Assembly: GCA_041666915.1 (NCBI GenBank)
Contig: JBAYFZ010000001.1
Coordinates: forward strand, 73,086-137,085
DNA: 64,000 bases
Direction: 5' to 3'
Source: Minisyncoccota bacterium
Lineage (GTDB): Bacteria; Patescibacteriota; Minisyncoccia; Phycocordibacterales; PALSA-1337
Below are positions 8,909-17,880 of the stretch, piece by piece (the first letter of the stretch is position 1; each line of letters starts with the position of its first letter). A model generated the notes under the pieces. It did not search any database. It was not told the DNA's origin and saw only the letters and a program-made list of their open reading frames with translations. A program made the translations under genes and the position numbers.

Positions 8909-10366
8909 ATGGCTTCTCTTGCAGAATTAAGGTCCGCACGTCTACATAAGCTTGAACTTTTGAAGCAAGCAGGTATGGCTGTGTATCCAGCCAAAGTTCC
9001 AAGAACATTTTGTCTGTTTGATGCCAAGAATAATTTTGCAGAATACGAAGCTAGTAAAAAAGAGGTTTCTCTTTGCGGTCGTGTCATGGCTATTCGTGGT
9101 CAAGGGGCTATTTTATTTTTCGTCTTGGATGATGGTAAGGCTACTTTTCAAGCGGTTGTGAAAAAAGATGTCTTGAAGCCTGAACTTTTTGACCTCATAA
9201 CTCAAGCAGTTGATATTGGTGACATTATCAGTGTTACTGGAACATTTTTTGTAACTCAAAGAGGGGAGCAGAGTCTACTTGTCACTTCTTGGACAATGGC
9301 CACGAAATCTTTACTTCCTCTTCCAGAAAAATGGCATGGTCTAGCAGATCCAGATGAAAAATTCCGCAAGAGGTATTTGGATTTCATCATGGATCCTGAG
9401 GTTAGAGATATTTTCTATAAAAAATCCAAGTTTTGGAAAGTTACTAGGACATTTTTGGAAGAAGAAGGATTTCTAGAAGTAGAAACTCCTACTTTGGAGA
9501 CAACTACCGGTGGTGCCGAAGCAACTCCTTTCAAAACACATCATAATGATTTTGATCTAGCTGTCTTTTTGCGTATTTCAGTTGGTGAACTTTGGCAAAA
9601 GAGGCTCATGGCTGGTGGTTTCCCAAAAACTTTTGAGATCGGCAGAGTTTATCGCAACGAGGGTTCTAGTCCAGAACATATGCAAGAATTTACCAATATG
9701 GAATTTTACTGGTCATACGCTGATTACAATGATGGCATGGCTTTGGTTACAAAAATGTATCGTAAGATTGCTCTAGAAGTTTTTGGTACTACAAAATTTA
9801 CATACAAAGATCATTCTTTTGATTTGGCAGATGAATGGGTGAAGATTGATTATTCTCTAGAGATCAAAAAACAAACTGGTGTTGATATCGGTACCGCTAG
9901 TGATGGTGATATAAAAAAGAAACTTGGTGAACTCAAAGTTTCTTATGAAGGAGCCAATAGGGAACGTCTCATAGATACTCTTTGGAAATATTGTCGCAAG
10001 AATATTGCTGGTCCAGCCTTTTTGATCAATCATCCAAAATTGATTGCTCCTTTGGCCAAAAGTGTAGAAGGGAAAGATTCAGGTACAGTCCAGATGTTCC
10101 AGCCTATTATTGGCGGTAGTGAAATAGGTCGTGGATACTCTGAGCTCAATGATCCTATTGATCAAGCAGACCGTTTTGTAGAACAAAAGAAGCTTTTGGA
10201 AGGTGGTGATACTGAGGCTATGATGGCAGACGATGAATTCGTAGAAATGCTAGAACATGGCATGCCACCAACTTGTGGTTTCGGATTCGGTGAAAGACTT
10301 TTCGCTGTTCTCTCCAATAGACCTTTGCGTGAGACTCAGATGTTTCCTTTGATGAAACCTAGGTAA
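8909..10366 (+). CDS. lysS: Lysine--tRNA ligase (class II)
   Basis: PLPEKWHGL, FLEVETP, YRNEG, EHGMPPTCGFGFG. Confidence 0.97.
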   Translation: MASLAELRSARLHKLELLKQAGMAVYPAKVPRTFCLFDAKNNFAEYEASKKEVSLCGRVMAIRGQGAILFFVLDDGKATFQAVVKKDVLKPELFDLITQAVDIGDIISVTGTFFVTQRGEQSLLVTSWTMATKSLLPLPEKWHGLADPDEKFRKRYLDFIMDPEVRDIFYKKSKFWKVTRTFLEEEGFLEVETPTLETTTGGAEATPFKTHHNDFDLAVFLRISVGELWQKRLMAGGFPKTFEIGRVYRNEGSSPEHMQEFTNMEFYWSYADYNDGMALVTKMYRKIALEVFGTTKFTYKDHSFDLADEWVKIDYSLEIKKQTGVDIGTASDGDIKKKLGELKVSYEGANRERLIDTLWKYCRKNIAGPAFLINHPKLIAPLAKSVEGKDSGTVQMFQPIIGGSEIGRGYSELNDPIDQADRFVEQKKLLEGGDTEAMMADDEFVEMLEHGMPPTCGFGFGERLFAVLSNRPLRETQMFPLMKPR

Positions 10367-10429
10367 ATATCAAGGTTGCCTTCGCTTTGATAAGCTACGG
10401 CGAACCAAAGGCAATCCTGATAAAAAACA

Positions 10430-10461
10430 CCCCAGAAAGTTGTCTATGCAACTTTCTGGGG
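10430..10461. terminator. Hairpin between convergent genes, likely bidirectional terminator
   Basis: CCCCAGAAAGTTG...CAACTTTCTGGGG inverted repeat after lysS. Confidence 0.7.
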
Positions 10462-10474
10462 TTTGATATTGATT

Positions 10475-11071
10475 TTATGCTTTTTGCTTCAGCAATTCTG
10501 CAATCTTGCGGATGATAAGTTTCCTTACTTCACTTTCATTGGGGACAAGAGAGTATGCCCCCGTAGCTTCAGCAATAGTGGTGATATTGTTAATTGCTAC
10601 AAGTGACAATTCATTCAACTTTTCTAAAACAAGATATTCGAATGGGCTCCTATCATGAGTAGCGTCGTATACTTCTTTGATTTCATCGATGGTCGTACAG
10701 AAACTAACCCATTTTTCTATAGCAAGCCTTTCGACTTCACCTCTATCAGAAGCAACATCATACACCTCCTGAACTTCAGTAATGGTAGCACAAAGATTGA
10801 TCCATTTTTCTATAGCAAGCCTTTCGAATTCACTTGAAGCAGGAGTAGCATAATATACTTCTTTGATTTCATCGATGGTGGTACATAAACTAATCCATCT
10901 TTCTATAGCAAGTTTTTCGGCCTTGCTTCTACTGGGAGCAAGTGTGTATGCTTCTGCAGCTTTGTCAATGGTCGTAATGTCACCTATAATAATTTCAGAA
11001 TCCAGAGCTTCATTGACAACGCGGATGTCTTCTCCTAAAAGATCAGCTATCTCTCTATTTATATTACTCAT
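10475..11071 (-). CDS. Hypothetical helical-repeat protein (31-aa repeats)
   Basis: About five TTIDEIKEVY...ERLAIEKWISLC-like repeats; GGAGAAGG RBS before ATG 11071. Confidence 0.8.
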   Translation of the reverse strand: MSNINREIADLLGEDIRVVNEALDSEIIIGDITTIDKAAEAYTLAPSRSKAEKLAIERWISLCTTIDEIKEVYYATPASSEFERLAIEKWINLCATITEVQEVYDVASDRGEVERLAIEKWVSFCTTIDEIKEVYDATHDRSPFEYLVLEKLNELSLVAINNITTIAEATGAYSLVPNESEVRKLIIRKIAELLKQKA

Positions 11072-11274
11072 ACCTTCTCCTATTCTATTGTTTTGCTGAT
11101 ATTTCAACCAGCTTGTACTTAAAACTATAATGTACAATATCGTAATAATATATACGTGTCAATGATTGACCAAAATCTATATACGTGCTATATTGCCGTA
11201 GTACTGCTCTTTTTTATGTTTGAAGGGCTCGTTTCAAAAAAGCAAAATAACTTATGGAAAGGAGTTTGTTAGTA

Positions 11275-11628
11275 ATGGAGATAAAAGCAAAGAAAATAGA
11301 AGCGCGAGTGTGGTCAGTTCCTGCCGGTCAAACGGAGGAGGATCTACAGAAAATTCATTGGGCGATTGTTCGGGCGGTTACTGGAATTCCAGAATTGGGC
11401 ATAAAAGACCACGACAGGGTGGTTTGTATGTTCCCAGATAATCTTCGTGAACATAGTTCAAAATCTGTCATCATAGAGGTTAAGAAACTGATGAAACTTA
11501 ATCGTGCTGGCAGGGTTCACCACGAAATCGTTCAGAAGATTAAACGGGGATTCAAGGAAGCTGCTCGTGAGTTGGGTCTGGGTATTATGGCAAAATGTCC
11601 AGTCAAAATCTTTAGTGGCGCAGAGTAA
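11275..11628 (+). CDS. Hypothetical protein
   Basis: ORF with AGGAG RBS, upstream sigma70-like promoter and downstream hairpin. Confidence 0.6.
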   Translation: MEIKAKKIEARVWSVPAGQTEEDLQKIHWAIVRAVTGIPELGIKDHDRVVCMFPDNLREHSSKSVIIEVKKLMKLNRAGRVHHEIVQKIKRGFKEAARELGLGIMAKCPVKIFSGAE

Positions 11629-11717
11629 AGTCTGTTCCACCAAAAGCACTTCAAAAATTTAATCCTGCACTGTTGCTCAAGAGCCGTTCGGTATTCATTT
11701 ACCGGGCGGCTCCTTTT

Positions 11718-11762
11718 TTTCCGGAAGCGAGGCTTCCGTACGGAGGCTTCACCTCCGTAAAT
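11718..11762. repeat. Palindromic repeat family B, intergenic copy
   Basis: TTTCCGGAAGCGAGGCTTCCGTACGGAGGCTTCACCTCCGTAAAT; its reverse complement matches 59812-59852. Confidence 0.8.
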
Positions 11763-11766
11763 TTCG

Positions 11767-11786
11767 TTATCCACAACTTATCCACC
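11767..11786 (+). promoter_or_regulatory. Two DnaA-box-like 9-mers upstream of mraZ
   Basis: TTATCCACA (11767-11775, consensus) and TTATCCACC (11778-11786). Confidence 0.55.
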
Positions 11787-11821
11787 GTTTTTGTATTGCA
11801 AAGTGTTAGGAAAAAGGAGCA

Positions 11822-11858
11822 AAGTGGTATAAAATATCCATCAAGTGGGAAGAAGTGG
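11822..11858 (+). promoter_or_regulatory. Probable MraZ operator (GTGG direct repeats)
   Basis: AAGTGG at 11822, 11843 and 11853 (about 10-bp phasing) directly upstream of mraZ. Confidence 0.6.
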
Positions 11859-11922
11859 TAAACAATGAATCTCATAATTTTAATTTTGAAGGATCATATA
11901 AAACCACTAATCCTACAACAAT

Positions 11923-12363
11923 ATGATCATCGGGCAATTCAATCACACTATCGATGACAAAAACCGCCTTTCTCTTCCTGCCAAATTCAGACAGGAAATG
12001 GGAAAGAAAGTGGTTATTACGCCCGGCCTCGATTCTTGTTTATTCATCTTCACGATGAAGGAATGGGAAAAGATAGCCGATCGTCTGTCAGTGAAAGAAA
12101 GCTCGATACTCCAGGCGGATAATCGAGGCTTCAATCGCTACCTCTTGGGAGGTGCGGTTGAAGTCGAGATTGATGGAGTAGGTCGTATGCTTCTTCCGGA
12201 ACATTTGCGCGAGCGAGCCAATTTGAAAAGCAAAGTTGTTTTCATTGGTGTCAAAGATCGTGCAGAGTTGTGGGATGAGACGACTTGGAATTCATATAGA
12301 AAAGAGGTCGAGAACAAAGCTGGTGCCTTGGCCGAGAAGCTTGGTCAAGCGGGCATGATTTAA
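11923..12363 (+). CDS. mraZ: Division/cell wall cluster repressor MraZ
   Basis: IDDKNRLSLPAKFR and IDGVGRMLLP AbrB-like repeats. Confidence 0.97.
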   Translation: MIIGQFNHTIDDKNRLSLPAKFRQEMGKKVVITPGLDSCLFIFTMKEWEKIADRLSVKESSILQADNRGFNRYLLGGAVEVEIDGVGRMLLPEHLRERANLKSKVVFIGVKDRAELWDETTWNSYRKEVENKAGALAEKLGQAGMI

Positions 12364-12368
12364 AAATC

Positions 12369-13343
12369 ATGCAAAGTGTACATGAACCGGTTCTTTTACA
12401 TGAGATAGTGGCAAACTGTGTCATTTCCGCGAAGGCGGAAATCCAGGATGTCACCGAGAATGTATCTAGTGGTAATACACTGGATTCCCACCTTCGTGGG
12501 AATGACAAGAAGACCCCTTGGTACCTCGACGGTACTCTCGGTGGAGCAGGTCACGCTTTGGCTATAGCAAAAGCATTCGCTGGCAAGTTGAATATTATCG
12601 GCTTGGACAGAGATGCTACGGCTCTAGAGAGAGCAAAAGGGACTTTGGCAGGCAAAGCAGAGAAGGTGATACTGGAATGTGAGAATTTTCGTAATTTAGA
12701 TAAAGTTTTGGAGAAAAATGGTATTGATTCAGTCGCTTTGATTCTAATGGATTTGGGTATTTCATCTGACGAACTAGATAATTCTGGTAGAGGGTTCACT
12801 TTTCAGAAAGACGAACCTTTGCTCATGACTATGGGAGATCCAAAATCTTATCCATTCACAGCAAAAGATATTGTGAACGATTGGGATGAAGAAGTGATCG
12901 CCGATATTATCTACGGTTATGCCGAAGAGAGGTTTGCAAGAAAGATCGCTAAAGCAATAGTCAATTATAGAGAGAAGAAAAGTATAGAAACATCGGGAGA
13001 GTTGGCAGAAATAGTGAAAATGTCAGTACCGGGCTTTTATAAGAGAGGAAAGATTCATCCGGCTACAAGAACATTTCAAGCTTTACGTATTGCAGTCAAT
13101 GATGAGCTTAATTCATTGAAAGAAGGATTGAGAAAAGGTTACGAAAAGTTGGATAAAGGTGGACGAATGGCAATTATTTCATTCCATAGTTTAGAAGATC
13201 GTATCGTCAAAGATTTTTATAAAGAAAAAGCAAAAGAAGGTTCCAAAATTATTACAAAAAAACCGATTACCGCTTCTTTGCAAGAAATTGCAGAGAATCC
13301 AAGGTCAAGAAGTGCAAAATTAAGGATTATTGAAAAAATATGA
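12369..13343 (+). CDS. rsmH: 16S rRNA m4C1402 methyltransferase RsmH with a 29-aa palindrome-derived insertion
   Basis: HEPVLL, DGTLGGAGH, HPATRTFQALRIAVN, SFHSLEDR, NPRSRSAKLR. Confidence 0.97.
   Translation: MQSVHEPVLLHEIVANCVISAKAEIQDVTENVSSGNTLDSHLRGNDKKTPWYLDGTLGGAGHALAIAKAFAGKLNIIGLDRDATALERAKGTLAGKAEKVILECENFRNLDKVLEKNGIDSVALILMDLGISSDELDNSGRGFTFQKDEPLLMTMGDPKSYPFTAKDIVNDWDEEVIADIIYGYAEERFARKIAKAIVNYREKKSIETSGELAEIVKMSVPGFYKRGKIHPATRTFQALRIAVNDELNSLKEGLRKGYEKLDKGGRMAIISFHSLEDRIVKDFYKEKAKEGSKIITKKPITASLQEIAENPRSRSAKLRIIEKI
12419..12507. repeat. Family A hairpin-ended element, in frame inside rsmH
   Basis: TGTCATTTCCGCGAAGGCGGAAATCC...GGATTCCCACCTTCGTGGGAATGACA; encodes VISAKAEIQ...LDSHLRGND. 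Confidence 0.92.
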
Positions 13344-13696
13344 CAAAAGCAATCGCAAATACATATGATTTAATCGGTGAAAACCTAAAGAGGATAAACC
13401 GCATATTCTTTGGCGCTTGTTTGTTTTTGATTATTTTGTACGCTTTCAATATTTTTTCAGTTATTTCTAGAACCGTAGCTTTACAAAAAGTTGAGGCCCA
13501 AATATCTACACTTGGGAGTAGTGTTAACAATTTTGATTCTGAATACTTACATCTATCTGGCAAAATAACTCCAGATAATTTGACTGCTTACGGTATGAGT
13601 CAGGGGAAAGTCATTGAATATATCACTAGATTGAATAATTCAAACTTGGGTGTTGCTGAAAACTTTAACCATGTAGCTACTGTTCATGAACTCTAG
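13340..13696 (+). CDS. FtsL-like cell division protein
   Basis: Single TM plus coiled coil, between rsmH and ftsI with overlapping start/stop. Confidence 0.65.
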   Translation: MTKAIANTYDLIGENLKRINRIFFGACLFLIILYAFNIFSVISRTVALQKVEAQISTLGSSVNNFDSEYLHLSGKITPDNLTAYGMSQGKVIEYITRLNNSNLGVAENFNHVATVHEL

Positions 13697-15401
13697 GGTC
13701 AAGCTTAGAGCGAGAATTATTTTGATTGGAATACTATTGGTAGCAATAGTACTTTGTGTATGGCTTTACTCTATTCAAATAGTTCGTGGTGATTCTTATG
13801 CAAAAAAGGCCAATCAGCAATATATAAAACCGGCTACAGCTCTCTTGGATAGAGGATCTATCTTTTTTACTGCTAAAGATGGAACAAAAATTCAGGCCGC
13901 TACTTTGAAAAGTGGTTTTAAAATTTTCATGAATCCTTCTCTGGTATTAGACCCTAAGCCTGCTTATGAAGCCCTTTCGGAATATTTAACTTTGGATAAA
14001 GAGGATTTTATGCGTAAGGTTATAAAGTCAAACGATCATTATGAAGAATTGGCAGATAGGGTAGCAGAATCTACGGCGACATCTATCCGTAATCTTGGTG
14101 TGGCTGGTTTGGGGGTTTCAAAAGAGACTTGGCGTGTATATCCAGGCGGTTCTATGGTTGCTCATGAACTTGGTTTATTAGGAGAAAGTGCTAGCTCAAC
14201 TTCTGTCACTGGTCGTTATGGTTTGGAGAGAAGTTACGAAAATGTTTTGAAGAGATCCGGCACATCTTCCAATGCGAACGCTTTTGCACAACTGTTCATA
14301 TCTATCCGTGACGCTCTTTCTAATGGAAATGAAGAGGAAGGGGATATTGTGACAACTATAGAACCAACTACTCAAAAATATTTGGAGAAAATTTTGGGGG
14401 AAACTTCTTTAGCTTGGCGTCCAGATTCTATCGGGGGTATTGTTATTGATCCAAAAACAGGAGAAGTGGTGGCCATGTCTTCTTTGCCAACTTTTGATCC
14501 AAATGATACAAGTAGTGTCAAAAATGTCAGGGTCTTTTCCAACCCTCTAGTAGAGAATGTTTATGAAATGGGTTCTATTATGAAGCCTTTGACTATGGCT
14601 GTGGCTCTGGATACTGGAGCAGAGACCGTCAATTCAACATATGACGATACTGGAACTATGACTTTGAGTGGTAAAAAGATATCTAACTTTGATGGAAAGG
14701 CTCGCGGAGTGGTCTCTATGCAAGAGATACTCAGTCAATCTTTGAATGTGGGTGTAGCTACGATTGCTCTTAAAGTTGGTAAAGAAGATTTTTCAAAATA
14801 TTTTCTAAATTTTGGTCTGGGTAATAAGACAGGTATAGATTTGCCAAATGAAGCGACTGGTATAGTTGGTAACCTGAAAACTGGTCGCGATGTTGAGATT
14901 GCCACAGCGGCTTATGGACAAGGTTTGGCTATTTCTCCTATAAATATGGTAACGGCTCTTTCGGTACTAGCCAATGGCGGTTATGTCGTCAAACCTCATT
15001 TGGTAAAAGAGATAAGTCACGCTGATGGTACGGTGAAAAAGATTGATGACGTCAGAAAAGGGCCTTTCTTGAAAACGGAGACAACTAATGATGTAACAAA
15101 GATGTTGGTTGAAGTAGTAGATAAATCTTTGCTCAAAGGAGCAATAAAGATTGATCGTTATAGTATTGCTGCCAAGACTGGAACAGCTCAAATACCAGAT
15201 CATGTGAATGGTGGTTATTATACTGATCGTTATTTGCATTCATTCTTCGGATATTTACCAGCTTCCAATCCGAAATATCTAATATTCTTGTATCAAGTCT
15301 ATCCAAAGGGTGCAGAATACGCTTCAGCTACTTTGACCAATCCATTCGACCAAATGGCTAAGTTTCTGATAGACTACTACAATATTGCTCCAGATAGGTA
15401 A
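13686..15401 (+). CDS. ftsI: Cell division transpeptidase FtsI (PBP3)
   Basis: GSIMK (SxxK), SLN (SxN), KTGTAQ; dcw context. Confidence 0.9.
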   Translation: MNSRVKLRARIILIGILLVAIVLCVWLYSIQIVRGDSYAKKANQQYIKPATALLDRGSIFFTAKDGTKIQAATLKSGFKIFMNPSLVLDPKPAYEALSEYLTLDKEDFMRKVIKSNDHYEELADRVAESTATSIRNLGVAGLGVSKETWRVYPGGSMVAHELGLLGESASSTSVTGRYGLERSYENVLKRSGTSSNANAFAQLFISIRDALSNGNEEEGDIVTTIEPTTQKYLEKILGETSLAWRPDSIGGIVIDPKTGEVVAMSSLPTFDPNDTSSVKNVRVFSNPLVENVYEMGSIMKPLTMAVALDTGAETVNSTYDDTGTMTLSGKKISNFDGKARGVVSMQEILSQSLNVGVATIALKVGKEDFSKYFLNFGLGNKTGIDLPNEATGIVGNLKTGRDVEIATAAYGQGLAISPINMVTALSVLANGGYVVKPHLVKEISHADGTVKKIDDVRKGPFLKTETTNDVTKMLVEVVDKSLLKGAIKIDRYSIAAKTGTAQIPDHVNGGYYTDRYLHSFFGYLPASNPKYLIFLYQVYPKGAEYASATLTNPFDQMAKFLIDYYNIAPDR

Positions 15402-15407
15402 AACTAC

Positions 15408-15514
15408 TGTGTCATTCCCGCGAAGGCGGGAATCCAGGATATTACCATTGAAGATATTATAATAGTTGTTTGTTCGTAATAATCCTGGATCCCCGCCTTC
15501 GCGGGGATGACACA
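15408..15514. repeat. Family A hairpin-ended element, intergenic ftsI-murF
   Basis: TGTGTCATTCCCGCGAAGGCGGGAATCCAGGATATTACCA...CCTGGATCCCCGCCTTCGCGGGGATGACACA. Confidence 0.92.
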
Positions 15515-15531
15515 ATAAGAAGTATAATTTT

Positions 15532-16854
15532 ATGCAGCTCTTAAAGAAATTACTAATAGAAATACTAACCCTTGAATCGCGTCTCATTCTTGCAAAATAC
15601 AAGCCTTTTATCGTGGCTGTAACTGGTAGTGTAGGCAAGACTTCTACAAAAGATGCTATATATGCGGTTCTCAAAGATCAAAGTAGTTTTGTACGTAAAA
15701 GTGAGAAAAGTATGAATAGTGAAATAGGTTTACCACTGACTATCATCGGTGCACCAAATGCTTGGCATAGTATAGGGGGTTGGGTAAAGAATATTTGGAA
15801 AGGGTTGGGTATTATTTTTTGGAAAAATTCATATCCGGATTGTCTCATCCTAGAGATTGGCGCAGATCACCCAGGAGATATAAAGAAGGTTACAAAATGG
15901 TTACATCCAGATATTGCAGTGATCACCAAGGTCAGCAAGACGCCTGTGCATGTAGAATTTTTCAAATCACCAGAAGAAGTCTTTGAAGAAAAAGCTTCTC
16001 TTGCAAAAGCGGTCAAGGCTGACGGTACTTTGATTTTATTTGGAGATGATGAAAAAGTTATGACTATGACTGATATGGTTAAAGGTTCGACAAGCTCACC
16101 TCAAGGAAAAAGTGTAAAAGTTATTACTTATGGAACAGGCTCTAATTCAACAGTTAGAGGGTTAGATGATAAGGTTTTGTATGATAATAATTCTCCAGTC
16201 GGATTAACTTTCAATTTGAATCTTGATGGCAGCACTTTACCGATTACTCTTAGAAATGTAATTGGTAACGTGTATATGTATCCACTACTTGCAGCTGCTT
16301 CTGTCGGTAAAGCTCGTGGTATGAGATCGGAGGTAATTGCAAATTCATTAGCTGATTATGAAGCTCCAAAAGGTAGAATGAATCTCATCTCTGGAATTAA
16401 TGGTTCAACGATCATAGATGACACTTACAATTCATCGCCTGACGCAGTTTTTTCAGCTCTACAGACTTTGAAAGGTCTGGAAACAACCGGTGCAAAAATC
16501 GTTGTCCTAGGAGATATGATGGAATTGGGAAATTATTCTGCAGAAGAACATCGCCATGTTGGTAAAGAAGTTATTGGTTCAGCCTCAATGTTGGTTACAG
16601 TCGGTCTACGATCGCGCCAGACTGCTGAAGAAGCTGTGAAGGACGGTTTTTCAAAAGAAATGATCCATAGTTTTGAGACTTCAATTGAAGCGTCTGAGTA
16701 TTTAGCTAAAGAAATTAAGACTGGAGATATTATCCTAGTTAAAGGTTCTCAATCAATGCGTATGGAGAGGGTAGTAAAAGCGCTCCTGAAAGAACCATCA
16801 AAAGCTGACAGTTTGCTCGTTAGGCAAGAAAAAGAGTGGTTGGAGAAGAAGTAA
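15532..16854 (+). CDS. murF: UDP-MurNAc-tripeptide--D-Ala-D-Ala ligase
   Basis: VTGSVGKTSTK, NSEIGLPLT, DDTYNSSP, LGDMMELG, LVKGSQ. Confidence 0.95.
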   Translation: MQLLKKLLIEILTLESRLILAKYKPFIVAVTGSVGKTSTKDAIYAVLKDQSSFVRKSEKSMNSEIGLPLTIIGAPNAWHSIGGWVKNIWKGLGIIFWKNSYPDCLILEIGADHPGDIKKVTKWLHPDIAVITKVSKTPVHVEFFKSPEEVFEEKASLAKAVKADGTLILFGDDEKVMTMTDMVKGSTSSPQGKSVKVITYGTGSNSTVRGLDDKVLYDNNSPVGLTFNLNLDGSTLPITLRNVIGNVYMYPLLAAASVGKARGMRSEVIANSLADYEAPKGRMNLISGINGSTIIDDTYNSSPDAVFSALQTLKGLETTGAKIVVLGDMMELGNYSAEEHRHVGKEVIGSASMLVTVGLRSRQTAEEAVKDGFSKEMIHSFETSIEASEYLAKEIKTGDIILVKGSQSMRMERVVKALLKEPSKADSLLVRQEKEWLEKK

Positions 16855-16856
16855 TT

Positions 16857-17750
16857 TTATTCTCCTACTGTTATAACAAAACGTCCGTCATCTCTTTGAA
16901 TAGCGGTTAGTGACTTTTCAACATCTGTTCTTTGTTTATTTCCTTCAAAATCAACTAATTCTTCTAGTCTGTAATTACGTTGACCAGGGTATCCTGGAAT
17001 CTTGAACGTGTTTGGACTTATTAAGACTCTGGCCCTTCCTCTTTCTTGACCGCCAGGATCAATTACTATGACCTCAGCCCTTTTCCAATTCTCATTTGTT
17101 TCTTTGTTATCGGCCTCTAGTCTTTCCCATGATTGTTCTTCCGTCTCCTTTTCAATATTAGAATTTTCAATTGGTGATTGTTCAGAAGGTTGCTCTGCTA
17201 CTGCCTCAACAGGAGGGCTTTCAGTGTCGGGTTTTTCTAATATCACAGTCTCATCCTCAGAAATATCTTTTGGGACATCGGCTTTATTTATTATTACCGT
17301 CTCTGCTTCTGATGGATCAACTTCTGTAAGATTATCGGAAGTCTCTCCATTTTCCATCATAGAGATTGATGCTTGTTCATTGGTAATATCAATTTTAGGA
17401 CTCCTAAAAGCTGTGTTAGTAATGTTTCTTTCTTGTCCTTTTTTATCAAACCATTTCAATAATCTATAATTGCGCACCTTATTATCTGGATTACCACTGG
17501 GACAGAATGTATTTGGGCTCATCAGGACTTCTGCTGCCCCAGTCTTAACATTATAAGAATTGACTACATCAATAATTTCTGTTTTCCAACCTTCTGTATT
17601 TTTGTCATCAGCCCTCAATTTATCGTATTCTGCCAAACGATCAATAGACTTTGTTTTTCCTTCAGTTTCAGTTTTGTTTTCAGGAACTTCTGCCGGTACC
17701 TCTGCTGGTGTTGGTTCTACTGGTTCTGCAAATGGATTTTCGAAACTCAT
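16857..17750 (-). CDS. Hypothetical acidic protein with an internally duplicated domain
   Basis: Two copies of W..E..V....G.A.VL.SPNTF...RNYRL. Confidence 0.75.
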   Translation of the reverse strand: MSFENPFAEPVEPTPAEVPAEVPENKTETEGKTKSIDRLAEYDKLRADDKNTEGWKTEIIDVVNSYNVKTGAAEVLMSPNTFCPSGNPDNKVRNYRLLKWFDKKGQERNITNTAFRSPKIDITNEQASISMMENGETSDNLTEVDPSEAETVIINKADVPKDISEDETVILEKPDTESPPVEAVAEQPSEQSPIENSNIEKETEEQSWERLEADNKETNENWKRAEVIVIDPGGQERGRARVLISPNTFKIPGYPGQRNYRLEELVDFEGNKQRTDVEKSLTAIQRDDGRFVITVGE

Positions 17751-17880
17751 GTTTTTGTTTGGTTAATTGAAAGGATTTTGAACTTATAACCCTATAATAC
17801 GATAATTGTAACAAATTGAGGCAATGTAAACCACTTGTTAGTGAATTCGCACAATACACAAGTAGTGTTATAATTTCCTC

